DNA from: an uncultured Anaerolineae bacterium
GTDB taxonomy: Bacteria > Chloroflexota > Anaerolineae > Fen-1058
Length of the DNA stretch: 64,000 nucleotides
Assembly: GCA_964550855.1 (NCBI GenBank)
Contig: CAZKBQ010000009.1
Span: 6,009-70,008, forward strand
Direction of reading: 5' to 3'
Below are positions 9,386 through 17,778 of the stretch, piece after piece. The notes below the pieces were generated by a model. The model searched no databases. It saw only the letters and a list, made by a program, of their open reading frames with translations, and was not told the DNA's origin. Both the position numbers and the translations under genes were made by a program. The number at the start of each line of letters is the position of its first letter. Position 1 is the stretch's first letter.

Positions 9386-10171
9386 ATGGCCTACACCACC
9401 ATCCTGTACGACGTGGCCGACGGCGTTGCCACGCTGACGTTCAATCGGCCCGAAGTGCGCAACGCCTTCAACGACCTGATGGCCGAAGAGGTGCAAGCCG
9501 CCCTCAAAGCCGCCGAGCGTGACGAAGCGGTGCGCTGCCTCGTGATCACGGGTGCAGGGACGGGTTTCTGCGCCGGACAGGATTTGGCCGCCATCCAGGC
9601 GCGCGGCGATGACGCTTCATTCCGCGATCATCTGCTGAAGACCTACAACCCCATCGTGCTAAAGCTGCGCACCATCGAGAAGCCCGTCATCGCCGCCGTC
9701 AACGGTGCGGCGGCGGGCGCGGGCTGGGGCATGGCGCTGGCCTGCGATCTGCGCTACGCGGCCGAGAGCGCCAAATTCCGCTTTGCGTTTACGGGCATCG
9801 GCCTCACCGCCGATTCGGGCACATCGTTCTTTCTGCCCCGGCTGGTCGGCCTGGGCAAAGCGCTGGAACTGGCCTATACCAACGCCGTCGTCGATGCGAA
9901 TACGGCCCTATCGTTAGGGCTGATCAACGGCGTATTCGCGCCCGATCGGTTGATGCCGGCCACTTTGGACCTGGCCCGCCAATTGGCGCAGGCCCCCACG
10001 CGCGGCCTGGGTCTGACCAAGCGCGCCATGAATCACGCCCTCAACGTCGATCTGGCCGACGCGCTGGATTACGAAGCGCATTTGCAAGAGATCGCGGGCC
10101 GCACGGCGGATTATCGCGAAGGCGTGCAAGCCTTCCTCGAAAAACGCGCGCCCCGTTTCGCGGGAAAATGA
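9386..10171 (+). CDS. Enoyl-CoA hydratase/isomerase (crotonase) family protein
   Basis: 261 aa. LTFNRPEVRNAFN, GAGTGFCAGQDL and AAVNGAAAGAG oxyanion-hole segments. GGAG RBS upstream. Confidence 0.9.
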   Translation: MAYTTILYDVADGVATLTFNRPEVRNAFNDLMAEEVQAALKAAERDEAVRCLVITGAGTGFCAGQDLAAIQARGDDASFRDHLLKTYNPIVLKLRTIEKPVIAAVNGAAAGAGWGMALACDLRYAAESAKFRFAFTGIGLTADSGTSFFLPRLVGLGKALELAYTNAVVDANTALSLGLINGVFAPDRLMPATLDLARQLAQAPTRGLGLTKRAMNHALNVDLADALDYEAHLQEIAGRTADYREGVQAFLEKRAPRFAGK

Positions 10172-10179
10172 CCCCTGCT

Positions 10180-10251
10180 CAATGACAAATGACAAAACCC
10201 CATGGGGGCGCTTGCGTCATTTGTCATTGGTCGTTTTTCATTGGCCATTGG
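10180..10251. repeat. Inverted heptanucleotide-repeat element (AATGACA / TGTCATT type) with central CCCCATGGGG palindrome
   Basis: CAATGACAAATGAC (10180-10193) is the perfect reverse complement of GTCATTTGTCATTG (10216-10229). The loop contains the palindrome CCCCATGGGG (10198-10207). Further units GTCGTTT TTCATTG GCCATTG follow. Confidence 0.85.
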
Positions 10252-10259
10252 AGATTGCC

Positions 10260-10925
10260 ATGGAAACCACCTGGCGTCCGGTGCTGATCGCCGAAACCGA
10301 AAAGCCTTACTGGAAGCCCTTGCAGCAATTTGTGCGCGACGAGCGCAGCAAATACCAGGTCTTTCCGCCGGACAAGGAAGTCTTTGCTGCGCTGCACCTC
10401 ACGCCTTACGAAAAGGTCAGCGTGCTGATCTTAGGGCAGGACCCTTATCACGGCCCCGGCCAGGCGCACGGCCTGTGCTTCTCGGTGCGGCCCGGCGTGG
10501 ACGTGCCGCCGTCGCTGGTCAACATCTTCAAGGAACTGCACGACGATCTGGGCTGCAAAATTCCGAATCACGGCAACCTGACGCACTGGGCCGAGCAGGG
10601 CGTGCTGCTGCTCAACGCCGTGCTGACGGTGCGCGCCCATCAGGCCAACTCGCACGCCGGCAAAGGCTGGGAGAACTTTACCGACGCCGTCATCCGCGCG
10701 GTCAGCGCCAAACCCGATCGGGTGGTCTTTGTCCTGTGGGGCGCATACGCGCGCAAGAAGAAGCCGCTCATCGACATTTCGCGGCACGTCATCATCGAAT
10801 CGGCGCACCCGTCGCCGCTGTCGGCTGCCAACGGCTTCTTTGGCAGCCGCCCGTTCTCCAAGATCAACGCCGCGTTGCGCGAGGCCGGCAAGCCGGAGAT
10901 CGACTGGCAGATACCGGATATGTAA
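10260..10925 (+). CDS. ung: Uracil-DNA glycosylase, family 1
   Basis: 221 aa from ATG 10260; the 10182 start would translate the repeat element. Motifs GQDPYHGPGQAHGLCFSV and ESAHPSPLSA. Confidence 0.9.
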   Translation: METTWRPVLIAETEKPYWKPLQQFVRDERSKYQVFPPDKEVFAALHLTPYEKVSVLILGQDPYHGPGQAHGLCFSVRPGVDVPPSLVNIFKELHDDLGCKIPNHGNLTHWAEQGVLLLNAVLTVRAHQANSHAGKGWENFTDAVIRAVSAKPDRVVFVLWGAYARKKKPLIDISRHVIIESAHPSPLSAANGFFGSRPFSKINAALREAGKPEIDWQIPDM

Positions 10926-10998
10926 CGAGTAACCAGTAACGAGTTATCAACGGGCGGCGGTTGTGCCTTACGCCTTGCTCGTTACACATTACTCATTA
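10922..10998. repeat. Inverted heptanucleotide-repeat element (GTAACGA x4 / TTACTCR x5)
   Basis: GTAACGA GTAACCA GTAACGA GTTATCA, a GC-rich spacer, then TTACGCC TTGCTCG TTACACA TTACTCA TTA. It overlaps the ung stop and ends at the hbd RBS (TTAGAGG). Confidence 0.85.
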
Positions 10999-11007
10999 GA
11001 GGTCGGC

Positions 11008-11862
11008 ATGGACATCATCGGCATTCTGGGCGCAGGCACCATGGGCGCGGGCATCGCGCAGGTGGCCGCCAGCCACGGGCACAACGTGGTGCTGTACGAC
11101 GTGCAGGCGCAGTTCGCCCAGCGCGGCCTGGATCGCATCCGCCGCGAGCTGGAGCGCGCCGTCAAGAAGAGCCGCCTCACGCCGCAGGACATGGACGCCA
11201 CGCTGTCACACCTGTGGACGACAACCGATCTGTCCGATCTGCATACAGCTACCATCGTGATTGAAGCCGTGCCCGAAGACCTGGCGCTGAAACGCGACAT
11301 CTTCCGCTCGCTCGATCACCTGTGCTGCCCGGAAACGATCCTGTGCTCCAACACCTCGTCGCTGTCCATCGCCGCGCTGGCCGGCGTCACGGAACGGGCC
11401 GATCGGGTGGCCGGCCTGCACTTCTTCAACCCCGCGCCGGTCATGCCGCTAATCGAAGTCGTGCGCGCCGATTACACGTCCGATGAAACGATCAGCCACC
11501 TGCTCGATCTGGCGCGCCGTTGGGGCAAGACGCCCATCGTGGTCAGAGACACGCCGGGCTTCATCGTCAATCGGGTGGCGCGGCCGTTTTACGCCGAAGC
11601 GCTGCGCCTGCTCGATCATCATGTGGCCGATCCGGCTACAATCGATCGCATCGCGCGGGCGGCCGGCTTCAAGCTGGGGCCGTTTGAGCTGCTGGATCTG
11701 ATCGGGTTGGACGTGAACTTCGCCGTGACGCAGTCGATCTACAACGCGTTCTTTCAAGAACCGCGCTTCAAGCCGCATCCCATCCAGCAGCGCATGGTCG
11801 AAGCGAAGCGGCTGGGCCGCAAGACCGGCCACGGCTTCTACGACTATCCCGCCGAAAAGTAA
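11008..11862 (+). CDS. hbd: 3-hydroxybutyryl-CoA / 3-hydroxyacyl-CoA dehydrogenase
   Basis: 284 aa from ATG 11008. GAGTMGAGIA Rossmann loop, NTSS, HFFNPAPVMPLIE (catalytic His), and a C-terminal GRKTGHGFYDY dimerisation domain. Confidence 0.9.
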   Translation: MDIIGILGAGTMGAGIAQVAASHGHNVVLYDVQAQFAQRGLDRIRRELERAVKKSRLTPQDMDATLSHLWTTTDLSDLHTATIVIEAVPEDLALKRDIFRSLDHLCCPETILCSNTSSLSIAALAGVTERADRVAGLHFFNPAPVMPLIEVVRADYTSDETISHLLDLARRWGKTPIVVRDTPGFIVNRVARPFYAEALRLLDHHVADPATIDRIARAAGFKLGPFELLDLIGLDVNFAVTQSIYNAFFQEPRFKPHPIQQRMVEAKRLGRKTGHGFYDYPAEK

Positions 11863-11961
11863 TCTTCACCTGACTGGCGCGGTGCGCCTCACGTCTCGGG
11901 CCGCTTTCAAGGCGGTGCTTCACGTTGCGACCTCAACCCTTTGCTCAGGAGAATGACTGCC

Positions 11962-14900
11962 ATGCGTAACCGAGTCTTCAATCTTGTGATCGTGATCGCG
12001 CTGCTGCTGGGGACGTTCCCGGCCGCCGCCGCTCCGCTGGATCGCGGGCAGACCGATCGGGGAACGGCCAGGCCGCCGGCTCCGATCGCCGACAACCCGC
12101 CCCCGGCGATCTTTGTGACCCGTCCCAACGATAACAACATCCAGTACATCGGGCTGGGTCACATGTCGCAAGACAGCCTGTATCGCGTGCCGTTCGGCGT
12201 GGTCAATCCCAATACGCCCGTCACCCTGCGCTTCCGCACGCTGGCCAACGATGTCACCGGCGTGCGCGTGCGCTTTTACGACACCTCCATCGCCAGCGAA
12301 TTTTTCCGCGATATGACGGTGGCCGCCGGCGATGTGCCGTGTGACACGCCCGATCTGGCCGCGAATACGTGCGACTACTGGCAAACCGTCATCACCCCCA
12401 CGCAGCGGATGAACCTGTATTATCGCTTCATCGTCACCGACGGCACGGCCACCGCCTACTACGCCGACGACAATTTTTCGGACGGCGGCTGGGGCGCGGC
12501 CACGCCCAATATGGTTGATTACAGCTACGCCATCAACGTGGTCGATCCGAACTTCGCCGTCATCGATTGGATGCAGAATGCGATCGTGTATCAGATCTTC
12601 CCCGATCGGTTCCGCAACGGCGATAAGACGAATGATCCGCAGACCGGCGATGTGCGCTACGACGATCCGGTCATCAGCCTGCCGTGGGCCACCTTCCCCG
12701 AAGGCTACTGCCGCCAGTACACCGGCGCGAATCCCACCACCTGTCCGTGGCGCTTCGGCGCGCCGAGCTGGGCGGTGCCGCCCACGGCCACCGTGCCGCT
12801 GCCCGAGACGCCGCGCGGCCGCGATTACCTGGGCGGCGATTTGCGCGGCGTGATTGAGAAACTGGATTACCTGCAGGCGCTGGGCGTCAACGTGCTGTAC
12901 TTCAACCCGATCTTCGACGCGGGTTCCAACCACGGCTACGACACGCAGGACTACTTCAAAATCGATCCATACTTTGGCACGGAGCAGGACTGGAACGATC
13001 TGGTGGCCGCTGCCCACGCGCGCGGCATGAAGATCATCCTGGACGGCGTGTTCAACCACCTGTCATCGGACAGCCCGTACTTCGATCGGTACGGGCACTA
13101 TCCCGAAGTGGGCGCGTGTGAAGCGATCTCGTCCACCTATCGATCGTGGTTCTACTTCACCGATGTCGCGCCGGGGACGGGGACATGTGCGGGCGCCGGC
13201 GGCCCCAATTCGGCCACCTACACCGGCTGGTTCGGCTTCGACAGCATCCCGGTGCTGAATAAGGAGAACCCCGAAGTCCGCACGCTGTTCTATTCTGCCA
13301 CGCAGACCATCACCGAGCCGGTGGCGCAGTACTGGCTCAATCGCGGCGCGTCCGGCTGGCGGCTGGACGTGATGGGCGATCCGTCGTTCCCCGACTCCTA
13401 CTGGCGCGAGTTTCGCGCGGCGGTCAAAGCCGTCGATCCCCAGGCCGTCATCATCGGCGAGTTGTGGAAGAAGGGCGAGCTGCTGCCCAAGAGCGAAGGG
13501 GACATGGCCGACACCGGCATGCACTATCGCTTCCGCAACGCCATCCTGGGCTTCTTCGGCACGGTGGACGACAAGGGCTTCCCCGACGATGGGCAGAGCA
13601 ATCAGCCGCCGTCGCTCTTCGCGCGCAAACTGCTGTCCATTCGCGAAGACTATCCCGACGCCACATACTTCACATTGATGAACCTGCTGACCAGCCACGA
13701 CACGCGCCGCATTCTGTGGCTGCTCACGCCGGGCGCGCGCACCCGCGACGACAAAGAGTTCAACGCCGCCAACCTGGCGACCGGCAAGCAAATGCTGAAG
13801 CTGGCGGCGCTGGTGCAGATGACGACGCCCGGCGCGCCGACGATCTACTACGGCGACGAGATCGCCTTGACCGGCGACGACGATCCTGACGATCGCCGCA
13901 CCTTCATCTGGGCGGGCCTGTATCTGCCGGTGGTGCTGCGCAACAGCGGCGGCGCGCCGGCGCTGTCACTGACCGGCGGTGGTTCATTCGACACTTATGG
14001 CGCGGGCGGCGATTGGGACATGCTGGCGACTTATCGCGGCTTGACGGCTTTGCGCCAATCCCGATCGGTTTTCCGCACCGGCCGGCTCAGCTTCCCATCA
14101 ATCGACGACGCCAATCGCACGCTGGCCTATCTGCTGCGCTCGCCCGATGACGCCGCCCTCGTCGCGCTCAATCGCAATACCGTGACCAAAACGCTGACCA
14201 TCACCGTCACCGGCCAGCTGCCCGATGCCGTGCAGCTGCTGCCCGCTTACGCGGTGTCTGGCCATGCCCCGCTCGGCGGCGGCGGGCCGATCGTGACCGC
14301 GACGAATGGTGTGCTCACTTACACGCTGCCGCCGCTCAGCGCCGAAGTGCTGGTGCCTGTTGACGGGCAAGACCTCATCGCGCCGAGTGCGCCGCTGTCG
14401 TTGACGGCGCAGGCCGGCAACGCGCAGGTGGCGTTGAGCTGGAACAGTGTCGTCGATGCCGTGCGCTACGACGTTTACCGCAGCTACGTCATCGGCGGGG
14501 GTTACCGCTGGATCACGACGACGACTTCGACGGCGATCACCGACACCACCGTGACCAACGGCCAGCGCTACTACTATGTCGTCAACGCGACCGACGCGGC
14601 CGGGAATAAGGGCGGCTACTCAAATGAAGCGGCTGCCACGCCTTCGGTGCAGATCAGCTACGCCATCCTGGAGTCGCCCAAGACCCTCACGCACACCATC
14701 GGCATTACGCCCACCGTGCCCCTCTACGGTCGCGTGGGCGTGCCGGGCGTCACCGATGTGGACGGCAATCAGAATCAGGTCATGGCGCAGGTGGGCTTTG
14801 GCACGGGCGCGCCGGCCGCCTGGACAACGTGGACGCCCATGGCCTTCAACGCGCGCTTCGGCAGCCAGTATGAATATCAGGCCAGCCTGCGCCCTGAGAT

Positions 14901-15648
14901 CACCGGCACGTTCGATCTGCTGGTGCGCTTCTCCACCAACGGCGGCCTCGACTGGACTTACGGCGATCAAAACGGCCTGGGCACAGCCAATCCCGGCGTG
15001 CTGAACGTGATCGCCGATGCCGACATCACCCCGCCCGATGCGCCCACGTTGAGCCTGGCCGGCAGCGCCGCCAGCTACGTCGCGCTGCAGTGGACCACCG
15101 TCAGCGACGCGGCCGAATACTGGCTCTATCGTCACGGGCCGGGCGGCTCATTCGATCTGCCGCTGGTCAAACTCCCCGCGCCGACGACGGCCTTCACCGA
15201 CACGAACGTCACCACCAACGTCACGTACACCTACGCGGTGAAAGCCGTCGATTACGCGCTGAACCGATCGGCGTACAGCAATCAGGTCGAGGGTATTCCC
15301 GCGCCGCGCACCGTCACGGTGACGTTCAGCGTCACTGTGCCGACCAACACCCCGGCCGATAAGACTGTTTACATCGTGGGCAACCAGCCCGCCATCTGCA
15401 ACTGGTGCAATCCGCACACCGTGGCGCTGACCAAGGTTGCCAGCTACACATGGAGCATCGATCTGAACTTCCTGGAGACCACACAGCTCGAATGGAAGTA
15501 CACGCTCGGCTCGTGGGACTTCGTGGAAAAGGGCGCAACGTGCGAAGAATTGAGCAACCGGCAGGCCACCATCTCCGGCCTGAGCGCGACCCAGTTGATC
15601 ACGGGCACGGTGCTGAACTGGCGCAACGTTGCGCCGTGCGGCAATTGA
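11962..15648 (+). CDS. Secreted GH13 alpha-amylase-family enzyme with Fn3 repeats and C-terminal starch-binding-like module
   Basis: AGGAGA RBS at 11946-11951, then ATG 11962 (1228 aa). Signal peptide MRNRVFNLVIVIALLLGTFPAAAAP. GH13 regions DGVFNH, GWRLDVMGD, IIGELW and LLTSHDTRR. Two Fn3-like segments (AQVALSWNSV..., YVALQWTTV...). C-terminal VTVTFSV...YIVGN...WKYTLGSWDFVE CBM-like domain. Confidence 0.9.
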   Translation: MRNRVFNLVIVIALLLGTFPAAAAPLDRGQTDRGTARPPAPIADNPPPAIFVTRPNDNNIQYIGLGHMSQDSLYRVPFGVVNPNTPVTLRFRTLANDVTGVRVRFYDTSIASEFFRDMTVAAGDVPCDTPDLAANTCDYWQTVITPTQRMNLYYRFIVTDGTATAYYADDNFSDGGWGAATPNMVDYSYAINVVDPNFAVIDWMQNAIVYQIFPDRFRNGDKTNDPQTGDVRYDDPVISLPWATFPEGYCRQYTGANPTTCPWRFGAPSWAVPPTATVPLPETPRGRDYLGGDLRGVIEKLDYLQALGVNVLYFNPIFDAGSNHGYDTQDYFKIDPYFGTEQDWNDLVAAAHARGMKIILDGVFNHLSSDSPYFDRYGHYPEVGACEAISSTYRSWFYFTDVAPGTGTCAGAGGPNSATYTGWFGFDSIPVLNKENPEVRTLFYSATQTITEPVAQYWLNRGASGWRLDVMGDPSFPDSYWREFRAAVKAVDPQAVIIGELWKKGELLPKSEGDMADTGMHYRFRNAILGFFGTVDDKGFPDDGQSNQPPSLFARKLLSIREDYPDATYFTLMNLLTSHDTRRILWLLTPGARTRDDKEFNAANLATGKQMLKLAALVQMTTPGAPTIYYGDEIALTGDDDPDDRRTFIWAGLYLPVVLRNSGGAPALSLTGGGSFDTYGAGGDWDMLATYRGLTALRQSRSVFRTGRLSFPSIDDANRTLAYLLRSPDDAALVALNRNTVTKTLTITVTGQLPDAVQLLPAYAVSGHAPLGGGGPIVTATNGVLTYTLPPLSAEVLVPVDGQDLIAPSAPLSLTAQAGNAQVALSWNSVVDAVRYDVYRSYVIGGGYRWITTTTSTAITDTTVTNGQRYYYVVNATDAAGNKGGYSNEAAATPSVQISYAILESPKTLTHTIGITPTVPLYGRVGVPGVTDVDGNQNQVMAQVGFGTGAPAAWTTWTPMAFNARFGSQYEYQASLRPEITGTFDLLVRFSTNGGLDWTYGDQNGLGTANPGVLNVIADADITPPDAPTLSLAGSAASYVALQWTTVSDAAEYWLYRHGPGGSFDLPLVKLPAPTTAFTDTNVTTNVTYTYAVKAVDYALNRSAYSNQVEGIPAPRTVTVTFSVTVPTNTPADKTVYIVGNQPAICNWCNPHTVALTKVASYTWSIDLNFLETTQLEWKYTLGSWDFVEKGATCEELSNRQATISGLSATQLITGTVLNWRNVAPCGN

Positions 15649-15684
15649 CGATCAGGCGCGCCATCACCCGCCATTGAACTCGCC

Positions 15685-15715
15685 GCCCCGATCGGCCAGC
15701 TAAGCCGATCGGGGC
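15685..15715 (+). terminator. Hairpin after the amylase gene
   Basis: 12-bp stem GCCCCGATCGGC / GCCGATCGGGGC with a 7-nt loop. There is no T-tract, so termination efficiency is uncertain. Confidence 0.5.
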
Positions 15716-15724
15716 GACCGTGCA

Positions 15725-15752
15725 TTGCCGAAATTTCCGGCTATGCTAAAAT
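15725..15752 (+). promoter_or_regulatory. Candidate sigma-70 promoter for pdaD
   Basis: TTGCCG (15725-15730), 16-nt spacer, TAAAAT (15747-15752) preceded by TGC. GGAG RBS at 15777-15780. Confidence 0.4.
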
Positions 15753-15790
15753 GACGCCTCATCCTGGATCAAGCTCGGAGTCAAGCCGCA

Positions 15791-16261
15791 ATGAAGATTT
15801 ATCTCACGGTGGGGCGCGGCGACGGCCCCACGCCGCTGGCCGCGTTTGACAATGCAATGTATGACGCGCACGTGGGCAACTACAACTTGATTCACCTGTC
15901 GTCGGTCATCCCGCCGTACAGCACCATTCTGCGCGAGCCGTTTGTGGGCGAGCCAAAAGATTACGGCGATCGGTTGTATGTGGTGCTGGCCAGCCAGACC
16001 GAGACTGTGCCGGGCCAGTGGGCGTGGGCGGGGCTGGCCTGGACGCAGGAACCCACTACGCTGCGCGGCCTGTTTGTGGAGCAGCACGGTTCGTCGGAAG
16101 CCGAAGTGCGCCGCAACCTGGATTTGACCATTCGTTCGCTGATGGAGCGCCGCCCCTACGACTACGGGGAAATACATATGGAGGTGGCCGGCGTGGAATG
16201 CCAGGATGCGCCCGTGTGCGTCATGGTGGTGGCCGCGTACAAGTCGCTGGGCTGGCACTGA
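15791..16261 (+). CDS. pdaD: Pyruvoyl-dependent arginine decarboxylase
   Basis: 156 aa. GDGPTPLAAFDNA...NLIHLSSVIPP contains the Ser-Ser self-cleavage site typical of PdaD proenzymes. Confidence 0.9.
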   Translation: MKIYLTVGRGDGPTPLAAFDNAMYDAHVGNYNLIHLSSVIPPYSTILREPFVGEPKDYGDRLYVVLASQTETVPGQWAWAGLAWTQEPTTLRGLFVEQHGSSEAEVRRNLDLTIRSLMERRPYDYGEIHMEVAGVECQDAPVCVMVVAAYKSLGWH

Positions 16262-16275
16262 ACCGAGATTGAGCC

Positions 16276-17061
16276 ATGTCGCCTCGAGCTGTCGGCTCCA
16301 AAGTCCTCCTCGTCGGTGAACCGCCGCTGATCGACGATCTGTCCGCGCTGTGCGTGGACGCCGGCCACGAAGTGGCGGTCCACGTGCTCGAAGGCGTGAT
16401 CGAGGGGGACAGTCTGCGCCGATTGGCCGACGATGCGAAGACGGCCCGTTTCGCCATCGACGGCGTGATCGAATCGCTGGCAACCAAGCGCGACGTTGTG
16501 CGCGTCCTCGACCAATCGCTACCCGCCGATGCGCCGATCTTGAGCGCGGCGCTGTCCGTGACCGCCACGCAGATCGGCGCGTGGGCGCGTCAGCCCGATT
16601 GGATCGTGGGTTTTGGCGCGCTGCCGCCCCTGTCGCGCGGCGGCCTCGTGGAACTGGCCGCCGGGCTGGAAACAGACCCATCGACGCTGGGCAAAGCCCA
16701 AAGTTTCTTTCAGTCGCTGGGACTGGAAACCGCCATCGTCCAGGACAGCGTGGGGTTGGTGCTGCCGCGCATCGTGTGCTGCCTGGTGAATGAGGCCAGC
16801 TACGCGCTGCTGGAAGGCGTGGCGTCGCCCAACGACATCGACATCGCCATGCAGCTGGGCACCAACTATCCGCGCGGGCCGCTGGCCTGGGGCGATCTGA
16901 TCGGCCTAGATATTGTGCTGGCCGTGCTGCGCGGCCTGTTTGACGAATACGGCGACGATCACTATCGACCGTCGCCGCTGCTCAAGCAGTTGGTGCGCGC
17001 CGGCCGGCTGGGCCAGAAGACCGGTCGCGGTTTTTACGAATACGCCGGTAATCGCGCCTAG
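16276..17061 (+). CDS. 3-hydroxyacyl-CoA dehydrogenase-like protein with degenerate NAD and catalytic motifs
   Basis: 261 aa. The C-terminal domain is well conserved ([43 protein letters not shown]). The Gly-rich loop reads LLVGEPPL, and the HFFNP catalytic-His segment reads GFGALPP (compare the bona fide paralog at 11008-11862). Confidence 0.8.
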   Translation: MSPRAVGSKVLLVGEPPLIDDLSALCVDAGHEVAVHVLEGVIEGDSLRRLADDAKTARFAIDGVIESLATKRDVVRVLDQSLPADAPILSAALSVTATQIGAWARQPDWIVGFGALPPLSRGGLVELAAGLETDPSTLGKAQSFFQSLGLETAIVQDSVGLVLPRIVCCLVNEASYALLEGVASPNDIDIAMQLGTNYPRGPLAWGDLIGLDIVLAVLRGLFDEYGDDHYRPSPLLKQLVRAGRLGQKTGRGFYEYAGNRA

Positions 17062-17750
17062 GTCAGATGTTGCGCAAACCACGCCAGCGTCTTCTGCCAC
17101 GCATCCTGCGCCGCGGCCGCCTTGTAGATGTGCGGGCGCGTGTCGTTGAAGAAAGCGTGCTCGGCCTCAGGATAAATGTGAATCGCGTGGGGCACGCCGT
17201 GCTGTTCTAACTCCGCTTCAAACGCCCGCACCGCCTCCACCGGGATGCCGCGATCGCGATCGGCGTACAGCCCCAGCACCGGCACTTTCAGCCGCGTGGT
17301 GTCGCCCGCGGTTAGCGGCCGCCCGTAAAAGGCCACCGCCGCACCGAACAGGTCGCCGTGATGAGCTGCCGCCGACAGCGACAGTCCGCCGCCCATGCAC
17401 CAGCCGACTACGCCGATCGATTTGGGCGCAACGCGATCCAGCTTCTTCAGATAACGCGCCGCGGCTGCGATCTCCTGCACGGCCCGATTGGCATCCAGGC
17501 CCATCGCCAATTTCCGCGCCTCATCAGGCTCTTCGGCGGCCTGGCCATGATACAGGTCAGGCGCCAGCGCCACGTAACCTTCGCGCGCGAAGCGATTGGC
17601 CACGTCTTTGATGTGCGGCACCAGCCCCCACCATTCCTGAATGACGACAATCGCCGGGTGGGGTAGATCATCGTCGGGCTGGGCCAGATAACCCGGCGTC
17701 GCGTGTGCATTGATCGGATACTCAATCATCTTCGAAACAATCTTTGTCAT
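17058..17750 (-). CDS. Dienelactone hydrolase family protein
   Basis: 230 aa. [10 protein letters not shown], nucleophile elbow VVGWCMGGG, and a C-terminal HAFFND His. Its stop overlaps the convergent stop of 16276-17061 (CTAG). Confidence 0.9.
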   Translation of the reverse strand: MTKIVSKMIEYPINAHATPGYLAQPDDDLPHPAIVVIQEWWGLVPHIKDVANRFAREGYVALAPDLYHGQAAEEPDEARKLAMGLDANRAVQEIAAAARYLKKLDRVAPKSIGVVGWCMGGGLSLSAAAHHGDLFGAAVAFYGRPLTAGDTTRLKVPVLGLYADRDRGIPVEAVRAFEAELEQHGVPHAIHIYPEAEHAFFNDTRPHIYKAAAAQDAWQKTLAWFAQHLT

Positions 17751-17778
17751 GGTCAGTGCCTCCCCTTAATCGCTGCCC

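Noticed and set aside
10182-10259. N-terminal extensions offered by the ORF track (ung from 10182, hbd from 10963, GH-A from 82, methyltransferase from 4489, HNH from 7707, sugar transferase from 19389)
   Set aside because: The extensions translate repeat elements or overlap the preceding gene, and they add non-conserved leaders. Internal ATG or GTG codons with an RBS, or with ATGA coupling, give N-termini that match the family consensus.
11920-13791. Long minus-strand ORFs (379 aa and 242 aa) antisense to the amylase gene
   Set aside because: The plus strand shows the four GH13 conserved regions and a signal peptide. The antisense translations are Arg/Gly/His-rich with no domain signature.
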